This document shows positions 22,736 through 31,797 of a stretch of DNA of 64,000 nucleotides, piece by piece; position 1 is the first letter of the stretch; every line of letters begins with the position of its first letter. Source of the stretch: an uncultured Acidobacteriota bacterium (GTDB lineage Bacteria; Acidobacteriota; Polarisedimenticolia; J045). The notes under the pieces were generated by a model. That model saw only the letters and a list, made by a program, of their open reading frames with translations, did no database searches and was not told the origin of the DNA. Position numbers and translations under genes: made by a program. The stretch lies in contig CAVPCQ010000037.1 of assembly GCA_963702425.1 (NCBI GenBank), positions 224,001 through 288,000 of the forward strand, given 5' to 3'.

Positions 22736-23764
22736 ATGGGAGCGAGCCCGCAGTGGTACATGGCGATCGGCGGCCACAAGGTCGGCCCCGTTGCCGAGGC
22801 CGAGATTCACGCCAACCTGAAAAACGGCAGCGTCGACGCCGACACGCTCGTCTTCGCCGCCGGGATGGCGAACTGGACCCCGCTCAAGCTGGTGCCGCAG
22901 TTCCAGGCCTACTTCGGCGGCGGCCCGAGCGGGCCGGTCGGGATTCCCACGCTTCCCGGCCGCGGCGCGCACGACATCGAGTTCGACATCAAGGGCGCCG
23001 AGATGCAGTACGTCGAGGTGGCCCTCGATCCGGGCGAAGCGGTCGTCGCCGAGGCCGGCGTGCTGATGTACATGACCTCCGGGATCGAGATGGACACGAT
23101 CTTTGGCGACGGCTCGGCGGCCTCGCAGCAGGGCGGCGTGATGGGGGCCCTGCTCAGCGCGGGCAAGCGCGTGCTGACCGGGGAGAGCCTGTTCATGACG
23201 GTCTTCACCAACCGCGGCGGCGGCAAGGAGCGGGTCGCCTTCGCCGCGCCCTATCCCGGGAAGGTCCTGGCGCTCGACCTGCGCACGCTCGGCGGCCAGC
23301 TGATCTGCCAGAAGGACTCGTTCGTCTGCGCCGCGCGCGGCGTGTCGATCGGGATCGCCTTCCAGAAGAAGATCGGCGTCGGCCTGTTCGGCGGCGAGGG
23401 GTTCATCATGCAGAAGCTGGAAGGGGACGGACTGATCTTCGTCCACTCCGGCGGGACGATCCACACGATGGAGCTCGGCCCCGGCGAGACGCTGCGCGTC
23501 GACACCGGTTGCCTCGTCGCGCTGCTCCCCAGCGTCGCCTACGACATCCAGTTCGTCGGCAAGGTGAAGACCGCGCTGTTCGGCGGCGAAGGGATCTTCT
23601 TCGCCACGCTCACCGGGCCGGGGAAGGTCTGGCTGCAGTCGCTGCCGTTCAGCCGGCTGGCCGACCGGATCTACAAGGCGGCGCCGGCGGCGGGCGGCGG
23701 GCGGCGCGAGGAAGGATCGATCCTGGGCGGGCTGGGCGGGCTGCTCGACGGGGACAATCGCTGA
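22736..23764 (+). CDS. TIGR00266/AIM24-family protein with N-terminal GYF_2 (DUF4339)-like domain
   Basis: ATG 22736 after ggagg. WY...GG...GP......L..G....TLV...GM.NW (GYF_2). Then GKRVLTGESLF, FAAPYPG, FGGEGF..QKL.GDG, GPGKVWLQSLPFSRLA. Confidence 0.88.
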   Translation: MGASPQWYMAIGGHKVGPVAEAEIHANLKNGSVDADTLVFAAGMANWTPLKLVPQFQAYFGGGPSGPVGIPTLPGRGAHDIEFDIKGAEMQYVEVALDPGEAVVAEAGVLMYMTSGIEMDTIFGDGSAASQQGGVMGALLSAGKRVLTGESLFMTVFTNRGGGKERVAFAAPYPGKVLALDLRTLGGQLICQKDSFVCAARGVSIGIAFQKKIGVGLFGGEGFIMQKLEGDGLIFVHSGGTIHTMELGPGETLRVDTGCLVALLPSVAYDIQFVGKVKTALFGGEGIFFATLTGPGKVWLQSLPFSRLADRIYKAAPAAGGGRREEGSILGGLGGLLDGDNR

Positions 23765-23797
23765 GAGGCGCCGCGGCCACGCCGTCGCGCGGCGCGG

Positions 23798-25165
23798 TCA
23801 GGGGCCCGGCAGGGGCGGGGTGGCCGGATCCAGCAGATCGGCCAGCTCCTGGAACGTCGCGAGCGGAAACTCCGGCTCGTTGGGCGGTTCCGTACGCAGC
23901 GCGCTCAGCTCGCCCGCGTCGACGGCGCGCTGCAGGAAGCTCCGGCCGCGCGCGTCGGCGGTCCCCCTGGAGAGCAGCTCGACCAGCCGCTCGATCTCGA
24001 CGGCGTCGTACTTCGCGCGGGCTCCGAGCGCGCGCAGCGGCTCGCGCCGCAGCAGCACCGACTCCGCCGTCATCAGCCGGTCCTCGGCCGACAGTCGGTC
24101 GTCCGGGAAGCTCCACGCCGCACCGTCGCCGTCGGGCACGCCGTTCGTGCGCAGCAAGCGGCCCGGCAGGGCCAGCCGCCACTCGAAGCGGATCGTGGTC
24201 GAGCGGTCGGGCTCGCCGTAGACGCCCCAGAGGTAGACGACGAGCAGGTCGAGCGCGTCCGACAGGTCGGTGCCCGCCGCCGCCGGATCGCTCGCGTTTC
24301 CCTGCGCGGCGAAGTAGTCGTCGAAGGCGCGCTCGACGTCGCGCGGGTCGGCCGGCGTGCCGCTCGCCGCGAGCCGCTCGGCCAGGCGCTCGCAGAGCCA
24401 CCACACCTCGGCGGGGGCGATCGGCTTCTCGTTTGCGTCGAGCGGGACGTCCTTCGGCAGCGACGGGAGCCCGAGCGCAACGAACGCCTCGGCGGGCAGG
24501 TCGATGTCTCCGCGCTTACGGGCCTCCGCGGCCAGCCGTTGAAGGTCGCGCCGCAGGAAGGCGTCGACGGCAGAGAGGTCGATTCCGGCGCCGAAGTGGT
24601 GGCGCAGGATCTCGTCGACCAGCGCGGTCGCCCGGTCGGTCGCGCGGTCCAGCGCGCCGGCGCGCGCGGACTCGTCGAAGGGATCGCCGTACTCCTCGCG
24701 GAAGACGAAGTGCGTCAGCAGCACGAGATCGCGCCGCTCGAGCAGGATCGCGTCGCGATCGGCGACCTCGTTCTGCGGGAGGGGGTGGCCGACCGGCGCG
24801 GGAACGTCGGCCACGTCCTTGAAGCGTCCCCTGGCGACGATCCAGCCCGGCCCCTCGTCGACGCGAGGCCAGCGTGCGCGCGCCGCAAGGTCGACACCGG
24901 CCACGTTCCGCCACCACCCGGTCCCGAGGGTCTCGGCCTCGTCGCTCGTCCGGCCGGACAGGCGGACTTCCCGTTCGCACGCCCCGTCCGACTGCACCTC
25001 GGTCGCGACGCGGGCGACGATCTGCCGCTTCGTGCACGCCTCCCCGGAGCACAGCACGACGATCGCGAAGACCCCGAGGAGCACCGCGCCCGGCCTCCGC
25101 CGGACGCCGCGGGGCGCGGGGCCGACGCCGGCCGGCGTGACCAGGCGGAGCGTCAGTCGGAGCAT
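23798..25165 (-). CDS. Hypothetical exported/membrane-anchored protein (possible lipoprotein)
   Basis: ATG 25165 after ggaggag. Hydrophobic stretch ending SGEAC. LPG....TNG motif near the C-terminus. Confidence 0.6.
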   Translation of the reverse strand: MLRLTLRLVTPAGVGPAPRGVRRRPGAVLLGVFAIVVLCSGEACTKRQIVARVATEVQSDGACEREVRLSGRTSDEAETLGTGWWRNVAGVDLAARARWPRVDEGPGWIVARGRFKDVADVPAPVGHPLPQNEVADRDAILLERRDLVLLTHFVFREEYGDPFDESARAGALDRATDRATALVDEILRHHFGAGIDLSAVDAFLRRDLQRLAAEARKRGDIDLPAEAFVALGLPSLPKDVPLDANEKPIAPAEVWWLCERLAERLAASGTPADPRDVERAFDDYFAAQGNASDPAAAGTDLSDALDLLVVYLWGVYGEPDRSTTIRFEWRLALPGRLLRTNGVPDGDGAAWSFPDDRLSAEDRLMTAESVLLRREPLRALGARAKYDAVEIERLVELLSRGTADARGRSFLQRAVDAGELSALRTEPPNEPEFPLATFQELADLLDPATPPLPGP

Positions 25166-25323
25166 GGCGAACCCTCCTCCCGGCCGCCACCGTAAGCCCG
25201 GGGCGGGGGAGGGGGCAACGGGGCCGGCGTCCGCGGTGTTTCCGCAGCCCCCGAACGGTCCCGTAACGTGAAATCCGCGCGTTCCTGTCGTAGCTTCTCC
25301 GGAACCCGAACGAGGAGATCCCG

Positions 25324-28300
25324 ATGCGTTTCGACTGCCCGGCGCCCCGGTGGGGGATTTCTGCCCGCCTGCTTCCGGCTGCCGTCCTGTTCCTGCTCGC
25401 CACGCCCGGCCCCTTCGCTGCCAGCCCAGCCCCATCCGCGTCCGCCACGCCCTCGACCCTCGTCGACCGCGAACGGGGCGAGGACGACCAGATCCGCGCG
25501 CGCCTCGAGTGGTTCCTCTCGACCCGCCGCGCGGGCGCCGACTCGCCCGACGCGCTGCGCGCGCTGCGCGCCAAGGCGGCCGGCGAGACCGCGGCGGCGC
25601 TCGCGGCGCAGGCCACCCGGCGCTCCCGGGGCGCCGACGGCCCGACCAACTTCTGGTCCCCGGTCGGCCCCGCCAGCTCGAACTTCGGCGGCTGGTCGTT
25701 TGGGAAGGTCTCCGGGCGCGTGACCGCGATCGCCAAGGGATCGGACGGCGCGCTCTACGTCGCCGGCGGCGCCGGCGGGGTCTGGAAGTCGATCAACGAT
25801 GGCCTGTCGTGGACGCCGCTCTTCGAGTCGGCCGGCACGCTGTCGGTCGGCGCGATCGCCGTCGACCCCAACGACCCGAACGTAGTCTGGGTCGGCACCG
25901 GCGACTACAACTCGGGCTGCGACGGCTACTTCGGGATCGGGATGCTGCGCTCGACCGACGGCGGCGCGAGCTGGGAGGTCCGCAACGGCGCGGGCGGGGC
26001 GCTCGACACCGCGTCGTCCTTCTCCAGCGTCGTCATCGATCCACGCGACTCGAACCACGTCGTCGCCGCGGTGCGGTCGAAGGGCTGCACGACCGGCGCC
26101 GGCGGCGCGGGCGGTGTCTATACCTCGGACGACGGCGGCGCGAGCTGGACCGAGCGCCTGGCCGGCCAGGAGTTGCACGGCCTCGACCAGAATCGCCAGA
26201 ACCGCGACACCTGGTGGGCCGCGACCTCGAACGGCGTCTACCGCTCGACCAACAACGGCGTCGCCTGGACCAAGCAGACCGCCTCCGGCCTGCCCAGCTC
26301 CGGCACCGGCCGCACCGAGATCGCGGTCGCGCCGAGCGATGGCAACGTCGTCTACGCGCTCTTCTCGGACGGCTCGGCCACCGACCCCGAGGTCTGGCGC
26401 ACCACCAACGGAGGGTCCAGCTGGACGAAGATGTCGAGCGGGACCGACGCCTGCGACGGACAGTGCTGGTACAACATGACGCTGGGCGTCGACCGCTCGA
26501 ACCCGAACATCGTCTACCGCGGCACGATCCTGGTCTTCAAGTCGACCAACGGCGGGGCGACCTGGAGCCAGCTGATCAACGGCTGGGGCGGTTCGCAGCA
26601 GGTCCACCAGGACATCCAGGAGCTGCTGATCGACACCTCCCAGCCGAACACGTTCTACGTCGGCTCCGACGGCGGGCTGTGGAAGAGCACCGACGGCGGC
26701 GCGACCTTCCTCGAGAAGAACGCCAACCTCAGCTTCGCGATGTTCTACGCGATCGATGTGCACCCGACCGCGATCGGCACCGTCTGCGGCGGCGCGCAGG
26801 ACAACAGCTCGCTGGCGCGCCAGTCCTCCGACGTGTGGGACCTGCAGGCGGTGACCGGCGACGGCTTCGTCTGCGCGATCGATCCGGTGAACCCGAACTA
26901 CGCCTACATCACCTCCTATCCCAACGGCGGCTACCCCAACGTCAGCCGGGCGACCGACGGGATCTACGGCAGCTTCTCCGGGATCACCGGCTCCGGGAGC
27001 GGGATCATCGGCGGCGACCGGATCAACTGGGTGACCCCCTACATCCTCGACCCGGTGACCCCGAGCACCCTCTACCTGGGCACCCACCGCGTCTACAAGT
27101 CGACCAACCACGGCACCCGTTGGGACCCCGTCTCGGGCGACCTCACCGGGGGCTCCGGCGAGGTCTATGCGCTCGAGGTGAACCGCAACTACCCGGCCGT
27201 CGTCTACGCCGGCACGACCTCGGGCCGTGTCTGGCGCAGCAGCGATGCCGGCGCCAAGTGGACCGACATCACGAGCGGGCTGCCCGCCTCGCGCTCGATC
27301 AACGACATCGCGGCCGACCCGACCAACCCCGCCCGCGCCTTCGCCGTAGTGGGCGGCTTCAACACCGGGCACCTCTGGGAGTGGAACGAGGGAGCGGGCT
27401 GGACCGAGCGCGGCGCCGGCCTGCCGAACGTGCCCGCGAACACGGCGCTCCTGCTGAGCGCGGACGACCTCTTCGTCGGCAACGACGTCGGCGTCTTTCG
27501 CAGCGCCAACGGCGGCGTCGACGTCGTCCCGTTCATGGACGGCCTGCCGCAGGGGAACGTCGTCACCGACCTCAAGTACGTCCCGGCGCTCAACACGATG
27601 ACGGCGGGAACCTACGGCCGCGGCGCCTGGCAGGTGTCGCTCGACCCGGTGGCGCCGATCCTGCTGTTCGACTCGATCGTCCTGCCGCTCGGCGAAGTGG
27701 ACGGCGACGGCGACGGGCAGGTCGAGCCGGGGGAAACCTGGCAGGTCACGACGCGGCTCTACAACGTCGGCGGGGTCGCAGCGCAGGGCGTCGGGGCCCG
27801 GCTGCGGACGCTGACCCCGGGGGTGACGGTCGAGTCGCCCGACCGCCGCGGTTTCGGCGACATCGCCGGCGGTGCGCGCGGCGCGTCGGAGTCGGGCTAC
27901 GTCTTCACGGTCGCGCCGGAGTTCCCGTGCGGCGGGACGATCGACTTCGACCTCGTGGACATCACCTCGACCAACGCCCCGGGCGCCTACAGCGACCGCG
28001 ACGCGGCCTTCACCGTCACCGTCGTCAACAACTACGAGCCGCCGATCCCGACGACGGCGCTGGACGAGGACTTCGACCCGGTGCCTCCGGCGGGCTGGAC
28101 CCACGCCCTGCAGAACCCGGGGATCCAGGGCTGCAACGTCACGTACAAGGACGATTGGAAGATCGCCACGAAGGACGCCGTGCACGGCAACAGCTACCAC
28201 TGCGGCCTCGGTCCGGGGACGTCCTACTCACGCAGCAACTCCGCGTGGCTCTACTTCGGCGGGAAGGACTCGACGGGGGGCGAGGGGCTCGTGCTCCCGG

Positions 28301-29028
28301 CCGACGCGATCGGCGCCCGGTTGACGATCACCCACTGGTACGACACACAGAGCGGGTCAGACGGGGGGCAGGTGGCGATCGACGCGCTCAACGACGGTGC
28401 CGACGCCTACCAGACGATCGTCCCCAACAACGGCTACCCCGGCGTGTTGTCGCAGACCACCTCCTGCAACCCGCTGCAGGGGAAGGGGGCCTTCACCGGC
28501 AACTCAGCGGGCTGGAGGACGACGACCTTCGATCTGACCGAGTTCCTGGGGCGCAGGATCTACCTGGCCTTCATCTTCGCCTCGGACACGATCAACAGCG
28601 TCGACGAGGGGTGGTACGTCGACAAGGTCGTGGTCGAGACCCAGGCCCGCGGCGGGGCCGTCTGCCAGGTCACGCAGTGGCCGGGGCTGGTCCCGCCCGA
28701 TGCGGCCTTCCAGCGGGCCGGCGGACAGGTCGAGGCGACCTGGAACGGGGCCTGCAATGCGGCATCGCTCCCCGCGCAGTCCTACGCGGTCGAGGGTGGC
28801 AGCCTCGACGCGCTCGCGGCCAGCGGCTCGTACACCCACACCCCGGTGGACGGCGTCTGCACGCGCACTTCGCCGGCCCGTTTCACGCCGGGAGCCGGGA
28901 ACGAGTACTACCTCGTCGTGGCCAACGAAGGGGGCCGGGAGGGTGGGGCCGGGCGCGCGTCGAGCGGTCTGGCGCGACCGCAGCCGGGCGCGACCTGCGG
29001 CGCGCGCCGCGAGGGGGCCTGTCCGTAG
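25324..29028 (+). CDS. Large secreted BNR/Asp-box repeat beta-propeller protein (VPS10/GH74-like) with Ig-like and jelly-roll modules and a C-terminal domain ending in CP
   Basis: RBS aggag, signal peptide, GRVTAIA, many S.DGG..W Asp-boxes, GGAQDN, GDGF, AGTYGRGAW, DGDGDGQVEPGE, EGWYVD.V.V. Confidence 0.88.
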   Translation: MRFDCPAPRWGISARLLPAAVLFLLATPGPFAASPAPSASATPSTLVDRERGEDDQIRARLEWFLSTRRAGADSPDALRALRAKAAGETAAALAAQATRRSRGADGPTNFWSPVGPASSNFGGWSFGKVSGRVTAIAKGSDGALYVAGGAGGVWKSINDGLSWTPLFESAGTLSVGAIAVDPNDPNVVWVGTGDYNSGCDGYFGIGMLRSTDGGASWEVRNGAGGALDTASSFSSVVIDPRDSNHVVAAVRSKGCTTGAGGAGGVYTSDDGGASWTERLAGQELHGLDQNRQNRDTWWAATSNGVYRSTNNGVAWTKQTASGLPSSGTGRTEIAVAPSDGNVVYALFSDGSATDPEVWRTTNGGSSWTKMSSGTDACDGQCWYNMTLGVDRSNPNIVYRGTILVFKSTNGGATWSQLINGWGGSQQVHQDIQELLIDTSQPNTFYVGSDGGLWKSTDGGATFLEKNANLSFAMFYAIDVHPTAIGTVCGGAQDNSSLARQSSDVWDLQAVTGDGFVCAIDPVNPNYAYITSYPNGGYPNVSRATDGIYGSFSGITGSGSGIIGGDRINWVTPYILDPVTPSTLYLGTHRVYKSTNHGTRWDPVSGDLTGGSGEVYALEVNRNYPAVVYAGTTSGRVWRSSDAGAKWTDITSGLPASRSINDIAADPTNPARAFAVVGGFNTGHLWEWNEGAGWTERGAGLPNVPANTALLLSADDLFVGNDVGVFRSANGGVDVVPFMDGLPQGNVVTDLKYVPALNTMTAGTYGRGAWQVSLDPVAPILLFDSIVLPLGEVDGDGDGQVEPGETWQVTTRLYNVGGVAAQGVGARLRTLTPGVTVESPDRRGFGDIAGGARGASESGYVFTVAPEFPCGGTIDFDLVDITSTNAPGAYSDRDAAFTVTVVNNYEPPIPTTALDEDFDPVPPAGWTHALQNPGIQGCNVTYKDDWKIATKDAVHGNSYHCGLGPGTSYSRSNSAWLYFGGKDSTGGEGLVLPADAIGARLTITHWYDTQSGSDGGQVAIDALNDGADAYQTIVPNNGYPGVLSQTTSCNPLQGKGAFTGNSAGWRTTTFDLTEFLGRRIYLAFIFASDTINSVDEGWYVDKVVVETQARGGAVCQVTQWPGLVPPDAAFQRAGGQVEATWNGACNAASLPAQSYAVEGGSLDALAASGSYTHTPVDGVCTRTSPARFTPGAGNEYYLVVANEGGREGGAGRASSGLARPQPGATCGARREGACP

Positions 29029-29050
29029 ACCGAACGGACGTACGCAGTGT

Positions 29051-29129
29051 GCGGGCCGGCACAGAGGCCGGCCCCTACGGTGTGCGAGGCCCGATCGACG
29101 TGTAGGGGCCGGCCTCCGTGCCGGCCCGC
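29051..29129. repeat. REP doublet (REPIN-like): two inverted 28-bp GTAG-type REPs
   Basis: 29051-29078 gcgggccggcacagaggccggcccctac and 29102-29129 gtaggggccggcctccgtgccggcccgc are reverse complements with 1 mismatch, located between convergent genes. Confidence 0.85.
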
Positions 29130-29157
29130 CGGGTCCCGGCATGAGGCGCGCGAGGCA

Positions 29158-30306
29158 TCAGGACGTCTGCGCGCGCCACGCGGCGATGAGTTCGGCCTCG
29201 TCCTTCTCGGAGAAGCCGCTCTTCATGTCAGCCTGACGCTCCGCGGGGAGCGTCCGGAACCAGGCCAGCGTGTCGACGATCGTCTCCGGCAGCGGCCGGA
29301 AGCTGAGCCCGGCCTTCACTGCGCGCGCGTTGCTCCAGGTGTGGTACCCCTGCGTGTCACCGTCGGCGGGGGCCCAGATCGGGATCTTCCCCTCGCCGTT
29401 CTCGCCGTGCGCCCGCAGGAAGTCACCCGGCACCCAGACCAGCGTCGCTTTGCGCCCGGTCGCCGCTAGGCACTGGTCGAGCATCGTGCCCATCGTCAGC
29501 CGGCCCTTGGGCCCGCAGGCGTTGAAGGTGCCGTAGGTCCGGCGCTCGCCCAGCCGCAGCATCCACACGCCGAGGTCGCGCACGTCGATCACCTGCAACG
29601 GATCGGATGGCGCCCCTGGGGCCAGCATCTCGCCTCCCTTCGCGGCCCGTACCGGGTACCAGGTGAAACGGTCGGTCGGATCGTTGGGCCCGACGATGTA
29701 GCCGGGGCGCACGATCGTTGCCCGCTCGCCGAACGCCTCCCTCGCTTCCTTCTCGCACAGCGCCTTGAGCGCGCCGTAGTACTCGAAGTTGGCCCCCATC
29801 GACTCGAGCGTCGGGTCGGCCATCGTCGCGACGGCGGCCGTCTCGTCCGCGCCGGCGAGCTCGTTGTCGCGGTAGGCGGAGATCGACGAGACGAACACGT
29901 ACTGCCCGCTCCCGGCGGCGGCGAGCGCCCGGGCGCTCGCACGGACCATCCGCGGGTAGTAGCCGGAGTCGTCGAAGACGACGTCGAACTTCCGCCCCTC
30001 GAGCGCCTTGATCCCGTCCCCCTTCTTCGGGTCGCGGTCGCCGCGCAGTTTTTCCGCCGCCGGGAAGAGCTGCGGGTTGGTCTTGCCGCGGTTGAAGAGG
30101 GTCACCTTGTGCCCGGCGGCCAGCGCCGGCTCGACGATCGCCGGCCCGAGGAATTTCGTCCCGCCGAGCACGAGGATCGAGAGCTTCGCGCCGGGGGCCG
30201 GCACGGGGGCCTTCTCCTCGGCGAGCGCCAGTCCGCGACGGGAGAGGACGAGGGCCCCGCCGGTACCGGCGGCGAGGGCGATGAAACGGCGGCGAGTGGT
30301 CGTCAC
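29158..30306 (-). CDS. NAD-dependent epimerase/dehydratase (atypical SDR) with Tat-like signal
   Basis: GTG 30306 gives MTTTRRRFIALAAG. Motifs ILVLGGTKFLG, FNRG, YVFVSSISAY, YGALKALCE, RPGYIVGP. Confidence 0.88.
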   Translation of the reverse strand: MTTTRRRFIALAAGTGGALVLSRRGLALAEEKAPVPAPGAKLSILVLGGTKFLGPAIVEPALAAGHKVTLFNRGKTNPQLFPAAEKLRGDRDPKKGDGIKALEGRKFDVVFDDSGYYPRMVRASARALAAAGSGQYVFVSSISAYRDNELAGADETAAVATMADPTLESMGANFEYYGALKALCEKEAREAFGERATIVRPGYIVGPNDPTDRFTWYPVRAAKGGEMLAPGAPSDPLQVIDVRDLGVWMLRLGERRTYGTFNACGPKGRLTMGTMLDQCLAATGRKATLVWVPGDFLRAHGENGEGKIPIWAPADGDTQGYHTWSNARAVKAGLSFRPLPETIVDTLAWFRTLPAERQADMKSGFSEKDEAELIAAWRAQTS

Positions 30307-31640
30307 GAAGTCCTCCCGGAGAGCGCCGCGCCGGGCCACGAGGGCCCCCAGTCCTCGCGCGGTGGGTTGAAATAGCCGAAGCGGAGGTGGGGCAGCGCGC
30401 GTTGCGCGCGCCGCACCCAGCGGTCGATGCCGAAGCCGGGCGGCAGGTCCGGCGGCAGGCCGAGCGCGCGCAGGTAATGATCGGGATCGAGGTTCAGGTT
30501 GCGCATCTGCACGCGGCGCACCCCGGCCCGCGCCGCGAACTCCTCGAACGCGGCGAACTCGGCCTCGTCGTCGCTGATCCCCGGGAACATCAGGTAGTTC
30601 ATCGACACGTGGCCGCCGGCCTCCGCGACCGCGTGGCCCGAGGCGACGACGTCGTCGATCGTGTACTTGTGCGGCCGGTAGTAGCGGTCGTACAGCTCGC
30701 GCCGGCAGGCGTTGATGCTGATCCGGATCTCGTCGAGCCCCGCCTCCACCAACCGCCTGACGGCCTCGGGCTTCGAGGCATTGGTGTTGAGGTTGATCGT
30801 GCCGGCTGCGGTGCGGCGGCGGATCAGCCGGATCGCCTCCTCGATCCGCTCGGCCTGCAGGAGCGGCTCCCCCTCGCACCCCTGGCCGAACGAGACGACC
30901 GGGCGCGGTGCCGTCTCGAGGTGGAAGACCGCCAGCTCGGCGATCTCCTCGGGGGAGGGGACGAAATCGAGCCGCGGCTGGGTCACCGGGATCTCGCCGT
31001 CCTTCTGGAGCGAGATGCAGCCGACGCAGTCCGAATTGCAGGCCGGGCTGGTCGGGAGCGGGGCCTCCCAGCGGTTGAGGCAGAAGTTGCGCGCAGCCGG
31101 ACAGCAGTAGGTCAGGGCGCAGTTTCCGACGACGTGCTCGACCACCCGATTCCCCGGGAACCGCTCGCGCATCCGTGCCGCCCCGGCGTCGATCTCGTCC
31201 TGCTTGAAGAGGACCGGGTCCTGCCGCCGGTCGGGATCGACCCGGAGGTAGGGGCTCACGAACCCGCCGTCCCGGAATCCGAGCGCGGCGTAGCAGTAGA
31301 GCGGCAGCGGCTGGACCCCGGCCTGCCGCTCCCACGGGGCGAGAAAGAGCGCTGTGTGGGCCGGGGCCAGGAAGGCCGCGGCCGCGAAGACCGGCCGGCC
31401 GTCGACCGCGTCGACCGTCACGGCCCGACCCCGGCGCGGATCGAACCCGACCGGCTTCCGGCCCGGGAGGTGAAAGATCAGCGAACCCTCGGGGAGCGGA
31501 GCGAACTGCCCGGGGTGGGCCCGGACCGTCGTGCCTCCCGACCGGCCCAGCGCCAGGTACTCCGGCACCTCGAACAGGTTTCCGTCGGCGTCGGAGACGA
31601 CCAGCCAGGGATCCGGTGTCGGGCGCGGACGGCGCGGCAT
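30303..31640 (-). CDS. Radical SAM protein of unknown function
   Basis: CxxxCxxC motif (CNSDCVGC), SFGQGCEGEP, INLNTN, IRISIN. Its stop overlaps the SDR start (GTGA). Confidence 0.9.
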   Translation of the reverse strand: MPRRPRPTPDPWLVVSDADGNLFEVPEYLALGRSGGTTVRAHPGQFAPLPEGSLIFHLPGRKPVGFDPRRGRAVTVDAVDGRPVFAAAAFLAPAHTALFLAPWERQAGVQPLPLYCYAALGFRDGGFVSPYLRVDPDRRQDPVLFKQDEIDAGAARMRERFPGNRVVEHVVGNCALTYCCPAARNFCLNRWEAPLPTSPACNSDCVGCISLQKDGEIPVTQPRLDFVPSPEEIAELAVFHLETAPRPVVSFGQGCEGEPLLQAERIEEAIRLIRRRTAAGTINLNTNASKPEAVRRLVEAGLDEIRISINACRRELYDRYYRPHKYTIDDVVASGHAVAEAGGHVSMNYLMFPGISDDEAEFAAFEEFAARAGVRRVQMRNLNLDPDHYLRALGLPPDLPPGFGIDRWVRRAQRALPHLRFGYFNPPREDWGPSWPGAALSGRTS

Positions 31641-31646
31641 CCCGAG

Positions 31647-31652
31647 ATTCTA
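31647..31652 (-). promoter_or_regulatory. -10 hexamer TAGAAT 6 nt before the radical SAM ATG (probable leaderless mRNA)
   Basis: Minus strand reads TAGAAT-ctcggg-ATG with no SD sequence. Confidence 0.5.
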
Positions 31653-31691
31653 GGCCGCCCCGGCCGCCTCGTCAGGACTTTCGATTCCCAG

Positions 31692-31721
31692 TGGACACGG
31701 GGTACCGATCTCCTTTAGAAT
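31692..31721 (+). promoter_or_regulatory. Sigma-70-type promoter for carD
   Basis: TGGACA-N18-TAGAAT. Confidence 0.5.
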
Positions 31722-31797
31722 CAGGCAGTTTCAATTCCGCATCGGGATGCGTTCGGAGCCGTTCCGGGGACACCGGAGCGGTGTGGGCGAGGGTTGG

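Noticed and set aside
25153-28200. Long antisense or alternative-frame ORFs (also 25350-29105, 35682-38555, 39276-41936, 52656-55259, 60528-63668)
   Set aside because: They overlap well-supported genes, lack motifs, and are expected from stop-codon scarcity at high GC.
29158-31335. 725-aa ORF as a radical SAM-SDR fusion
   Set aside because: The two genes are in different frames with a GTGA overlap at 30303-30306. The upstream part of this ORF is an off-frame reading.
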